Below, in pieces: positions 39,275-49,826 of a stretch of DNA of 64,000 nucleotides. The stretch lies in NCBI RefSeq assembly GCF_018334015.1, contig NZ_JAGXTI010000002.1. One strand, given 5' to 3'. A program made the translations under genes and the position numbers. The first letter of the stretch is position 1; every line of letters starts with the position of its first letter. Under the pieces are notes generated by a model. It was not told the origin of the DNA. It worked only from the letters and a program-made list of their open reading frames with translations, and did no database searches. The DNA comes from Silanimonas sp. Its GTDB lineage: Bacteria > Pseudomonadota > Gammaproteobacteria > Xanthomonadales > Xanthomonadaceae.

Positions 39275-39965
39275 GCATGCCTCTTGATGCGCCGTTTAGA
39301 GCTCGGATTCTAACAGGAGGCTCCAACCGCTGGCCGAGGCCGTGCCGCCTCAGCCCAGCCTCAGCCTGAGCCTTGCCAGCGCGGCCTCAGGAACAGCCAA
39401 GCGAGCCATGGAAGGGGTAGCGGGCCGCGGCGCCTGAGCCATGGCGCCCGGAGCCCCCCCCGCCGCGGCAGGCCGGAGGCCTGCGGCGGACTCGGGCCGG
39501 TAGATGTGCGGCAAGAAACCCGACGGGCCGACCGATGGGCACATCCTGTGCCCGCGGTCGGTGCGCCCATCCAGGGCGCACCCTGCGGGCCTGACGTCTG
39601 ATCGCCGGGCTGGCCCTCGAAATCCGCCGCAAGCCCCCAGCCTGCCTTGCGGGGTGCTTCGCGGCTGCGGCGGTCATGAAGAGAACAGCACGAATCTTGG
39701 TTTCGCTTCGCATCCTTTGGGTGGATCGCATCCTTCGGCCAATGCCCGTCAACGAGCGCCGCGCCAGCGCGGCCTGACGGACAGCGAAGCGAGCCATGGA
39801 GGGCGAGCGGCGGCGAATGCGGAGCGGGACGCGGAGCCTGAGCCGTCGCGTCCGCAGGTCGCGCAAGGCAGGCGCGTCGGCAGACGCGTCGGCAGACGCG
39901 AGGGGGTGGTCCTGAATGCGCGTTCCAGAAGGCCGGCACATACAGCAGGCCACAGCCGCGCCACC
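39275..39965. repeat. 691-bp intergenic region packed with repeat units and stable hairpins
   Basis: Related units at about 39383-39450 and 39774-39857. Nested hairpins at 39528-39561 and a 9-bp-stem hairpin at 39560-39582. 12-bp tandem duplication gcgtcggcagac x2 at 39874-39897. No credible ORF. Confidence 0.8.
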
Positions 39966-40964
39966 TTAGCCCAGCCGCAGCCAGCGCCTGGGCAGCAGCA
40001 GCTTGAGGGCACGCTCGGCGCTTTTGCGGCGCAGACCGCGCTGCCTGAGGCCGGCGAGGATCGGCGCGAGCCATTCCCGGCGCGGCCGCTCGAGCAGGGT
40101 CTCGCGGGCATCGGCCTCGATGCGGTACATGGCGATGATGTCGGTGGCGGCACGAGCGACCCGCGGATCGGCGGGCCGGCCGGCGCGATCGAGGCAGGCC
40201 GCCAGATCGGCCGCCACCGCGCGGTACATGGCGATGGTGCGCCGGTAGCGGCGCTCGCGGGCCGCCGGACCGACCTCGCCGCGGGCGAACAGCCACTGGC
40301 CGAGGCTGTCCGGGCTGCGCCGGTAGCGCACCAGCGGCTGCGGCAGGTTGAGGCCGCCGCCCAGCAGGGCACCACGCAGGCTCAGCACATTGTCCTCGAC
40401 ATGGCCGGCCAGCGGACCGAAACGTTCGACGAGCTCGCGGCGGAACGCGAGGGTGGCGCCGAGCAGGGTGCTCATGCCACCGCTGGCGACAAAATCGGCA
40501 AGACCGAACCGCGCCGGCAGACGGGTGCGTTCGACCCGTTCCGGGCGGCCGTCACCGAAAGCCCGCCAGGCGGAACCAGCGACGAAAGCACCCGGGTCGG
40601 CATCGAAGGCGGTCAGCAGGGTCGCTACCCGCTCGGGCAGGCTGATGTCATCGGCGGCCATCACCACGATCAGCTCGCCGCCGGCCTCGGCCAGCAGGCG
40701 GTTGAGGTGGGCGGTGAGGCCGAGGTTCACCGGCTGGCGCAGCAACCGCACCGTGTGGGCGGCGGCCATCGGCGGCGATCCGGCAAGAAAAGCCGCGGCG
40801 CGCTCGAACCCCGCGTCCGGCGAGGCATCGTCCGAGCAGAGGATCTCGCAAGGCACGGTCTGCGCCAGGGCGCCCTGCAGGGCCTCGACGATGGTGGCCT
40901 CGGCCTTCCACGCCAGCATCAGGACACTGACGCGGGGCGCGGTCACGGTCGCTGACGCCGCCAC
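39966..40964 (-). CDS. Glycosyltransferase family 2 protein
   Basis: N-terminal VSVLMLAWKAEATIVEALQGALAQT...ILCSDDASPD (GT-A fold with a DD motif). GTG start, exact position uncertain. Confidence 0.6.
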   Translation of the reverse strand: MAASATVTAPRVSVLMLAWKAEATIVEALQGALAQTVPCEILCSDDASPDAGFERAAAFLAGSPPMAAAHTVRLLRQPVNLGLTAHLNRLLAEAGGELIVVMAADDISLPERVATLLTAFDADPGAFVAGSAWRAFGDGRPERVERTRLPARFGLADFVASGGMSTLLGATLAFRRELVERFGPLAGHVEDNVLSLRGALLGGGLNLPQPLVRYRRSPDSLGQWLFARGEVGPAARERRYRRTIAMYRAVAADLAACLDRAGRPADPRVARAATDIIAMYRIEADARETLLERPRREWLAPILAGLRQRGLRRKSAERALKLLLPRRWLRLG

Positions 40965-40966
40965 GC

Positions 40967-43246
<2,280 letters not shown>

Positions 43247-43380
43247 CGCGGCTGTCGGTGGAAGCGGAGCCGCATTCTAGCGAGCCGCCGCGTCGGCGGC
43301 GGACGCCGGCGTACGGGCCAGCTCGGCGCGCGTGATCCGGCAATGCGCCTGCACGCCTGCGACGCTGGGCCTCGCTGCGC

Positions 43381-43751
43381 GCCTGCCACGCTGGGCCACG
43401 GGTCACAGCCGGCGACGGCTACGCGTCCCGCTCCGCAGTCGCCGGACGGCGCACGTCCTGTGCGCCTCTTTGTGATCCCATGGCCCGCGGGCGCGGCGCT
43501 CGATGCCAGTCTCTCGGCCAAGGGGGGAGGTGCGTAGTGGTGGTGCAAGGCGGGATAGGTGAAGTACGGCGACCTCCAGCCCGCCGCGCGCGTGGGGGCT
43601 GACGGAACGCGGAGCGAGGCAGGACGCCGAGCGACGGCGCGTATGGAGCGGGACGCGGAATCCGCGCCGGCCGCGTCCGCAGACCCCACGCAGACAGGCA
43701 GGCGGGTTGGCGTCAGGCACCCGCCGTGACCCATGGCCCCGCGTGGCAGGC
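43381..43751. repeat. 371-bp intergenic segment bounded by 26-bp imperfect inverted repeats (MITE-like or structured element)
   Basis: gcctgccacgctgggccacgggtcac (43381-43406) matches the reverse complement of gtgacccatggccccgcgtggcaggc (43726-43751) at 24/26 positions. The interior holds an 84-nt unit (43599-43682) related to 39774-39857, an inverted partial copy (about 43417-43445) and a hairpin at 43448-43466. Confidence 0.7.
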
Positions 43752-43821
43752 GTGCAGGCAAGCAGGCGGCAAGTGCGATCACGGCCCTACCTTGAAGCGT
43801 CGGAGGATGCGATGTACCTCG

Positions 43822-45129
43822 CTATCGCCCGGCTTCGCGGGCTTCCGATGCGGTATGGCCGAACAGTTCGGGCAAGGCGTCCTCGCGCTCAATGTCGACG
43901 CGATCGAGGCGAATGCTGTTGGCGAATAGCGAGAAAGCCAGCAGGCCGGCCAAACCGTGGGCGCGCCGCGCCCAGGGCGGCAGGAAGCGGGGCGGTGCGA
44001 TGCTGCCGTCCTCGAAAGCTGGGGCCAGGTCAAACACGTCCTGCAGGGCCATCTTGCCGGCGAACAACCGGTGGGTGAGCGCCAGCTTCTTCTGTCGCAG
44101 GCACCAGCGGAAGAAGGTGTGCACCCGCACCAGCCCGGCGAGGTAGACGCCGTCCTTGGTGAAGGCCGCGCCGCCGGTCACCGGCACGCCGCGGAAGATC
44201 CGCGCCGCCGAGGCGAAGCTCTCCGGCTCGCGCTGACCGGCCTCGAGAAAGAAGCGGAACACATCGATGAAATCGGCCCCGCGCAGGGCCATGTCGATGG
44301 CGAGGATGCGCAGGCTGATGCGCTTCATGCGCTCGATGTCGATGTGCCCGGTGATCAGCTCGGCGAAGGTGGCGAGCCCCTCCTGGGTGGCGGTGATCCG
44401 CGGCGAGCTGCCGGCCAACGAGGCGAAATGCGGCTGCGAACGGCCGTTGAGGGCGGTCAGGGTGTGGATGTAGGCCTCGTGCTCGCGCAACTGGTGCAGG
44501 TCGTAGCTGCTGAAGGCGGCCCCGGCGCGCAGGCGGATGCGGGTCGGCCCGGCGGCGGCCTTGGCGATCAGGTCGGGGTCGAGCTCGACCGCCACCTGCC
44601 CGGCACCGAAGAAGCCGTCCAACTCGTTCTGCAGGCGTTCGCGAACTTCGGTGGCGGCAATCGCGTCCTCGTCGTCGCCGGCCCGCAGTTCGGCGTCCAG
44701 CTCGTCGGCGATCCGCACGAAATGCAGGGCGGCGTCCAGACCCGAAACCTGGCCACCGGGCAGCATGTCACCGGGGCGACCGAACAGGCGGATCGAATGC
44801 TCGGTGACTTCGGCGGTGCCGACCGCCTCCAGCAGCAGCGCGGTGGTGTGCCAGCTCTCGGCGGTGCGCTTGAGGTAGAGGCCAAGCGGCGTGTCCGGGT
44901 CGCAGGCGGCGGCGACCTCGCGCAGTTCGGCGCGCAGATCGCTGTGGTCCTCGACCAGGTACTCCGGCTCCGGCAGGCGCTGCACGCCGCGCTGCCAACG
45001 ATCGAGGAAAGTCTGCTGCACCGGCCGGGTCCAGCTCACCGCCTGCAGCAGGCGCAGCCGACGCGAGGCCCGCACGATGCGGGCATCGAGCGCAGCCAGA
45101 CGGGCAAGATCAGCGGTGGAGGCGGCCAT
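43822..45129 (-). CDS. DUF1704 / QEGLA-motif protein (flavohemoglobin expression-modulating family; MATCAP-like putative metallopeptidase)
   Basis: Contains TATQEGLATFAE (QEGLA motif) and HEAYIH (HExxxH). 435 aa. Confidence 0.75.
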   Translation of the reverse strand: MAASTADLARLAALDARIVRASRRLRLLQAVSWTRPVQQTFLDRWQRGVQRLPEPEYLVEDHSDLRAELREVAAACDPDTPLGLYLKRTAESWHTTALLLEAVGTAEVTEHSIRLFGRPGDMLPGGQVSGLDAALHFVRIADELDAELRAGDDEDAIAATEVRERLQNELDGFFGAGQVAVELDPDLIAKAAAGPTRIRLRAGAAFSSYDLHQLREHEAYIHTLTALNGRSQPHFASLAGSSPRITATQEGLATFAELITGHIDIERMKRISLRILAIDMALRGADFIDVFRFFLEAGQREPESFASAARIFRGVPVTGGAAFTKDGVYLAGLVRVHTFFRWCLRQKKLALTHRLFAGKMALQDVFDLAPAFEDGSIAPPRFLPPWARRAHGLAGLLAFSLFANSIRLDRVDIEREDALPELFGHTASEAREAGR

Positions 45130-45237
45130 CGAAGCTCGAAAACAGGTCGGCCTCGAGCATAGCGCTGCATCCCCCGCCCGGGGTGCTGCCGGCCTGCGGT
45201 CATGCTCGGCAGGAGCGACAGCACGTTCCGCAAACGA

Positions 45238-46326
45238 TCAGCGCCGCCCGAACTTGTCCTTGCCACCCGGCTTGCGCGCCGTGCCCTTCGGCGCCTGCCG
45301 GGCTTCCTGCCGGCGCGCGGCCAGGGTGGTCGCGGCGGCGTCGCGCTCATCGCGCAGTTTCATGTAATGCGCCCAGCGCGTCTCCTCGAGCTCACCGCTG
45401 TCCAGTGCGGCCAGCACCGCACAGCCGGGCTCGTTCAAGTGCGCGCAATCGCGGAAGCGGCACTGCGAGGCCAGCGCCTCGATGTCCTCGAACACCTTGT
45501 CGGCGAGATCCTCCTCGCCGATCAGCTTGAGTTCGCGCATGCCGGGCGTGTCGATCAGGCAAGCCCCCAGCGGCAGCGGAATCAGCACCCGCGAGGTGGT
45601 GGTGTGGCGGCCGCGCGAGTCGGTTTCGCGCACCTCGGCGGTTTTCATGGTCTCGCGGCCGAGCAGGGTGTTGGTCAGCGTGGATTTGCCGGCGCCCGAG
45701 CTGCCGACCAGCACGCAACTGCGGCCCGGCCCAAGGTAGGGCGCCAGCACGGCGGCACTCGCCGCATCCTTGCCGTTGAGCACATGCAGCGGAAAGCCGG
45801 CATCGACCAGCGGCTGCAGCAGATCGGCGGCCTCGCTGGCCGCCTCACCGGCGAGATCGGCTTTGGTCAGCACCAGCACCGGCGCCGCACCGCTGGCCTG
45901 CACCAGCAGCAGGTAGCGCTCGATCCGGCGCGGATTGAAATCGCCGTCCAACCCGGTCACCACCAGCACGAAATCGATGTTCGCGGCGATCGGCTGCTGC
46001 TGGTAATGCTCGCCGGCCGCGGCGCGGCGCAGCAGAGCGTGGCGCGGCAGCAGGGTGGCGATGGCCTCGCCCTTGGCATCGAGCAGCACCCAGTCGCCGA
46101 CCACGGCACGGTCCTCGGCGCGGAAGCGCGGGCGTGTCCAGGCGGCGGGAGGCTGGACACGGCGGGCTTCATCGAGTGTCGTGGCGACCACGTAGGCATT
46201 GCGGTGCTGGCCGACCACGCGGGCCAGCGCCGCCTTCGGCCGCCCGGCCAGCGCCAGAGCGGCGGGCGCGTCGTCGCGCCAGCCCATCGGCCGCAGGGCC
46301 TCGAAGTCATCGGCAGTCCACGTCAT
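45238..46326 (-). CDS. rsgA: Ribosome small-subunit-dependent GTPase A
   Basis: LTKADL (G4), GSSGAGKSTL (G1), DTPG (G3) in circularly permuted order, plus the Zn motif CRFRDCAHLNEPGC. Confidence 0.9.
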   Translation of the reverse strand: MTWTADDFEALRPMGWRDDAPAALALAGRPKAALARVVGQHRNAYVVATTLDEARRVQPPAAWTRPRFRAEDRAVVGDWVLLDAKGEAIATLLPRHALLRRAAAGEHYQQQPIAANIDFVLVVTGLDGDFNPRRIERYLLLVQASGAAPVLVLTKADLAGEAASEAADLLQPLVDAGFPLHVLNGKDAASAAVLAPYLGPGRSCVLVGSSGAGKSTLTNTLLGRETMKTAEVRETDSRGRHTTTSRVLIPLPLGACLIDTPGMRELKLIGEEDLADKVFEDIEALASQCRFRDCAHLNEPGCAVLAALDSGELEETRWAHYMKLRDERDAAATTLAARRQEARQAPKGTARKPGGKDKFGRR

Positions 46327-46385
46327 CGACCGCAGTGTACGCGGGCTTCCCGCCGCCTTGATCCGATTGCGGGCATAGTGAGTGA

Positions 46386-46778
46386 ATGAACACCTACCGC
46401 GCCCTCGTGCTCACCCTCGCCGGCCTCGGCTTTCTGGGCTTCGGCCTGTGGTTTCTGGTCGATCCCTTCGCCCCGCTCGCCGCCATCGGCATCAGCGCCA
46501 GCGGCCCGGCTGCCGCCACCGAGTTCCGTGCTTTCTACGGCGGTCTGGAAGTGGGTCTGGCGGCCTTGCTGCTGGTGGCGGCAAGCCGCCGCGACTGGCA
46601 CCGGGCCGGCCTTTGGCTGGTGCTGGCGGCCAATGCCGGCATCGCCGCCGGCCGACTGCTGGGCATCGCCATCGACGGCGTCTGGGTGCCTTTTTTCGCT
46701 TACGCCCTGGTTTGGGAAATCGGCTTCGTGGCCCTGGCCGCCTTCGGTCTGCGCGGCATGAAAGCCCCGGCCAGCTGA
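46386..46778 (+). CDS. DUF4345-like small membrane protein
   Basis: 130 aa with four hydrophobic helices, including EFRAFYGGLEVGLA. Family assignment is from memory. Confidence 0.55.
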   Translation: MNTYRALVLTLAGLGFLGFGLWFLVDPFAPLAAIGISASGPAAATEFRAFYGGLEVGLAALLLVAASRRDWHRAGLWLVLAANAGIAAGRLLGIAIDGVWVPFFAYALVWEIGFVALAAFGLRGMKAPAS

Positions 46779-46866
46779 GCGGAGTGCGGCTTTGTGGCTC
46801 CCTCTGGGGGCCAGCCACAGGGTTGGGCTTGCGTTACCCTCGCTTTTTGCCGCCCACCGCCCGTCC

Positions 46867-48111
46867 ATGCTGTCGAACACCCTGCCCACCCGCGAACGCC
46901 TGCGCGAAGTGCGCTATGAGATCCGCGGTGAACTCGCCCGCCGTGCCCGTGAACTGGAAAGTCAGGGCCACCGTCTGATCAAGCTGAACATCGGCAACCC
47001 GGGCGCTTTCGGCTTCCGCGCGCCCGAGCACCTGCAACGGGCCATCGCCGACCACATCGCCGATACCGACCCCTACACCCACCAGCAAGGCCTGCCGCAG
47101 GCGCGCGAGGTGATCGCTGCGCATTACCGGGCGCGCGGCCTGCCACAGGCCCATGCCGACCGGGTGTTCATTGGCAACGGGGTGTCCGAGCTGATCGACA
47201 TCGCCCTGCGCGCCCTGCTCAACCTCGGCGACGAGGTGCTGCTGCCGAGCCCGGACTACCCGCTGTGGAGTGCCGCGACCATCCTCAACGACGGCATCCC
47301 GCGCTACTACCGCTGCCGTGCCGAAGACGGCTTCCTGCCCGATCCGGACGAGATCGAGCGGATGATCGGCCCGAAGACCCGCGCGCTGGTGCTGATCAAC
47401 CCGAACAACCCGACCGGTGCGAGCTACCCGAAGGCACTGCTCGAGAGGCTCGTCGCGATCGCCGCGAAGTACCGCCTGCTGCTGATGGCCGACGAGATCT
47501 ACGACGGCATCCTCTACGACGACCACAGCTTCCAGCCGCTGGCGCCGCTGGCCGGCGATGTGCCCTGCCTCAGCTTCAGCGGCCTGTCGAAGGTGCACCG
47601 CGCCTGCGGCTGGCGCGTCGGCTGGGCGGTGCTCTCCGGCGATCCGCTGCGCAGCGGCGACTACCACCACGCGCTCGACCTGCTTGGCGCGCTGCGCTTG
47701 TGCGCCAACGTGCCGGGCCAGTTCGCCATCGAGGCCGCGCTGACCGGTGGCGACACCATCAGCGCGCTCACCGCGCCGGGCGGCCGCCTGCACGCCTCGC
47801 GGGCCGCCGTCATCGCCGCCTGTGCGCAAAGCCGCTTCCTTTCGCTGGTGCCGCCGCAGGGCGCGCTGTATGCCTTTCCGAAGATCGACACCACGCAACT
47901 GCCCGGCTTCGACGACTACCGTTTCGCCCTCGACCTGCTCGAAACCGAGCATGTGCTGGTGGTGCCGGGCAGCAGCTTCAACATGCCCGAGCGCGACCAT
48001 TTCCGCGTCACCCTGCTGCCGCAGGCCGAGGAGATCCGCGAAGTCTTCCGCCGCATCGAGCGCTCGCTGTCGCAGTACGCCGACCGCGGCGGCGCGCGCC
48101 ATGTGGCGTGA
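46867..48111 (+). CDS. alaA: Glutamate-pyruvate (alanine) aminotransferase, AlaA-like
   Basis: Collinear by eye with E. coli AlaA (LKLNIGNP, NPNNPTG, SGLSKVHRACGWRVGW with the PLP lysine, LCANVPGQ). ATG at 46867. Confidence 0.85.
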   Translation: MLSNTLPTRERLREVRYEIRGELARRARELESQGHRLIKLNIGNPGAFGFRAPEHLQRAIADHIADTDPYTHQQGLPQAREVIAAHYRARGLPQAHADRVFIGNGVSELIDIALRALLNLGDEVLLPSPDYPLWSAATILNDGIPRYYRCRAEDGFLPDPDEIERMIGPKTRALVLINPNNPTGASYPKALLERLVAIAAKYRLLLMADEIYDGILYDDHSFQPLAPLAGDVPCLSFSGLSKVHRACGWRVGWAVLSGDPLRSGDYHHALDLLGALRLCANVPGQFAIEAALTGGDTISALTAPGGRLHASRAAVIAACAQSRFLSLVPPQGALYAFPKIDTTQLPGFDDYRFALDLLETEHVLVVPGSSFNMPERDHFRVTLLPQAEEIREVFRRIERSLSQYADRGGARHVA

Positions 48112-48127
48112 GCTGGGAGCGCTGCTG

Positions 48128-48808
48128 ATGTCGGCCGCGATGTCCACCGCCACCGCCGCCATCCCGCCGGCGCCCGACACGCCCGCGCCGCGCGCTCTGG
48201 CCCTCGGCGACAGCTACAGCATCGGCGAGGGCGTGCCCGAAGCCGCACGCTGGCCGGCGCAGCTCGCCGCCCTGCTGCGCGCGCGCGGCGTCGTCATCGA
48301 CGAACCACGCATCATCGCGAAAACGGGCTGGACGACCGACGAGCTCGATGCGGGCATCGACGCGGCGCACGCCATCGAGCCGATCCCGACCGACCACGCG
48401 CTGGTCTCGCTGCTGATCGGCGTCAACAACCAGTACCGCGGGCGGCCGCTCGCCGAGTACGAGGTGCAGTTCGCCAGCCTGCTCGAACGCGCCATCGGTT
48501 TCGCGGGTGGTGAGGCATCGCGCGTGATCGTCCTCGCCATCCCCGACTGGGGCGTGACGCCCTTCGCGATGCAGTCCGGCCGCGACCGCGCGCAGATCGC
48601 GTCGCAGCTCGATGCGTTCAATGCGGCCGCACAGCGCATCGCCGAAGCCCGGGGAGCGCGTTTCGTCGACACCGCGCCGGTGAGCCGCGAGCGTGGCGGC
48701 GAGCCCGCCATGCTGAGCGCCGACGGCCTGCACCCCTCGGCGGCGATGTACACGCTGTGGGCGGCCCTGGCGGCCTCCTCGACGGGCAGGCCGGAACTCT
48801 GGGCGTAG
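48128..48808 (+). CDS. SGNH/GDSL-family hydrolase
   Basis: LALGDSYSIGEG (block I, GDS), IGVNNQ (block III) and DGLHPS (block V, DxxH). Start is ATG at 48128 or at 48101. Confidence 0.75.
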   Translation: MSAAMSTATAAIPPAPDTPAPRALALGDSYSIGEGVPEAARWPAQLAALLRARGVVIDEPRIIAKTGWTTDELDAGIDAAHAIEPIPTDHALVSLLIGVNNQYRGRPLAEYEVQFASLLERAIGFAGGEASRVIVLAIPDWGVTPFAMQSGRDRAQIASQLDAFNAAAQRIAEARGARFVDTAPVSRERGGEPAMLSADGLHPSAAMYTLWAALAASSTGRPELWA

Positions 48809-48809
48809 A

Positions 48810-49472
48810 ATGGCCCAGACCCGAACCTCGCCCACCCTGCCCGCCATGAGCCTCCCGCCCGAAACCCGCGCCCGCATCGAATCCATCCTCAGCTCGCACG
48901 AGGTCGTGCTGTTCATGAAAGGCAGCCCCGAGCGGCCGCAGTGCGGCTTCTCGATGAAGGCCGCCAGCATGGTCGGCGGCCTCGTCGCCGACTACGCGCA
49001 CGTCGATGTGCTGCAGGACCCGGAGATCCGCGAGGGCATCAAGGTCTACGGCCAGTGGCCGACCATCCCGCAGCTCTACATCAAAGGCGAACTGGTCGGC
49101 GGTTCCGACATCATCGCCCAGCTGCACGACAGCGGCGAACTGCACGCTCTGCTGGGCAGCAGTCCGGCCGAGCCGGTGGTACCGAACCTCAGCATCACCG
49201 ACGCCGCCGCCCGGCAGATCCGCCAGGCCTTGGCCGAGCAGGGCGAAGGTCTGGCCCTTTACATGGCGGTCGATGCCCGGTTCAACAGCCGCTTTGAACT
49301 GAAAGCCCCCGACGCGAACGCGGTGGTGGCCGAATCGAACGGTATCCGCGTGCATTTCGACCGTGCCAGCGCGGCGCGAGCCGACGGCATCGTCATCGAC
49401 TGGGTCGACCGCGGCGTGCAGGGTGCCGGGCTTTCGATCCACAATCCGAACGCGCCCGTCCGTCCCCAGTGA
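48810..49472 (+). CDS. grxD: Monothiol (CGFS) glutaredoxin fused to a cysteine-less IscA/HesB-like domain
   Basis: N-terminal VVLFMKGSPERPQCGFS...WPTIPQLYIKGELVGGSDI. The C-terminal half resembles IscA (LSITDAAARQIRQAL...IDWVD...GLSIHNPNA) but lacks the three Cys ligands. Confidence 0.75.
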   Translation: MAQTRTSPTLPAMSLPPETRARIESILSSHEVVLFMKGSPERPQCGFSMKAASMVGGLVADYAHVDVLQDPEIREGIKVYGQWPTIPQLYIKGELVGGSDIIAQLHDSGELHALLGSSPAEPVVPNLSITDAAARQIRQALAEQGEGLALYMAVDARFNSRFELKAPDANAVVAESNGIRVHFDRASAARADGIVIDWVDRGVQGAGLSIHNPNAPVRPQ

Positions 49473-49489
49473 CCACCCGGAGAACGCCG

Positions 49490-49810
49490 ATGACCCGCAG
49501 CCTCACCACCGCCACCCTGGCCGCCCTGGCCCTTGCCGGTTGCGGTGCGCCCCCGGGCCCGGCCGATCTCGCCGCCCAGGCCTGCGACGCGCAAGTGCAA
49601 GAGCAGGTGCAGAGTCGGCCCTACCGGCTCGACCTGGCCGAACTGGCCGCCAGCAAGGCCGACGACGGCCGCGGCGGCTTCCTGCTGGCCGCGCCGGTCA
49701 CCGTCAACCTCGGCCTGGCCGATGAAACCGTCCAGCGGCTCGAATGCGTGGTCCGGCTTTCCGGGGAACCGCCGGTGGCCGAGGTCGTGAACCTCCGTTT
49801 CATCTGGTGA
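49490..49810 (+). CDS. Hypothetical lipoprotein
   Basis: MTRSLTTATLAALALAGC is a signal peptide plus lipobox. 106 aa. No recognisable family. Confidence 0.5.
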   Translation: MTRSLTTATLAALALAGCGAPPGPADLAAQACDAQVQEQVQSRPYRLDLAELAASKADDGRGGFLLAAPVTVNLGLADETVQRLECVVRLSGEPPVAEVVNLRFIW

Positions 49811-49826
49811 ACCGGGCCGCCCCGGC

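Noticed and set aside
39350-39953. ORFs inside the aceE upstream region (39350-39544, 39387-39953, 39361-40296), and similar ones in 43247-43821, considered as possible small proteins.
   Set aside because: They have no RBS or start context, are Ala/Arg/Pro-rich, overlap each other in several frames, and coincide with repeats and hairpins. They are better explained as non-coding repeat DNA.
47747-48127. Long N-terminal extension of the SGNH hydrolase ORF (track ORF 47747-48808).
   Set aside because: The extension overlaps the 3' third of alaA in another frame and has no hydrolase-like sequence. The GDS block appears shortly after the ATGs at 48101 and 48128.
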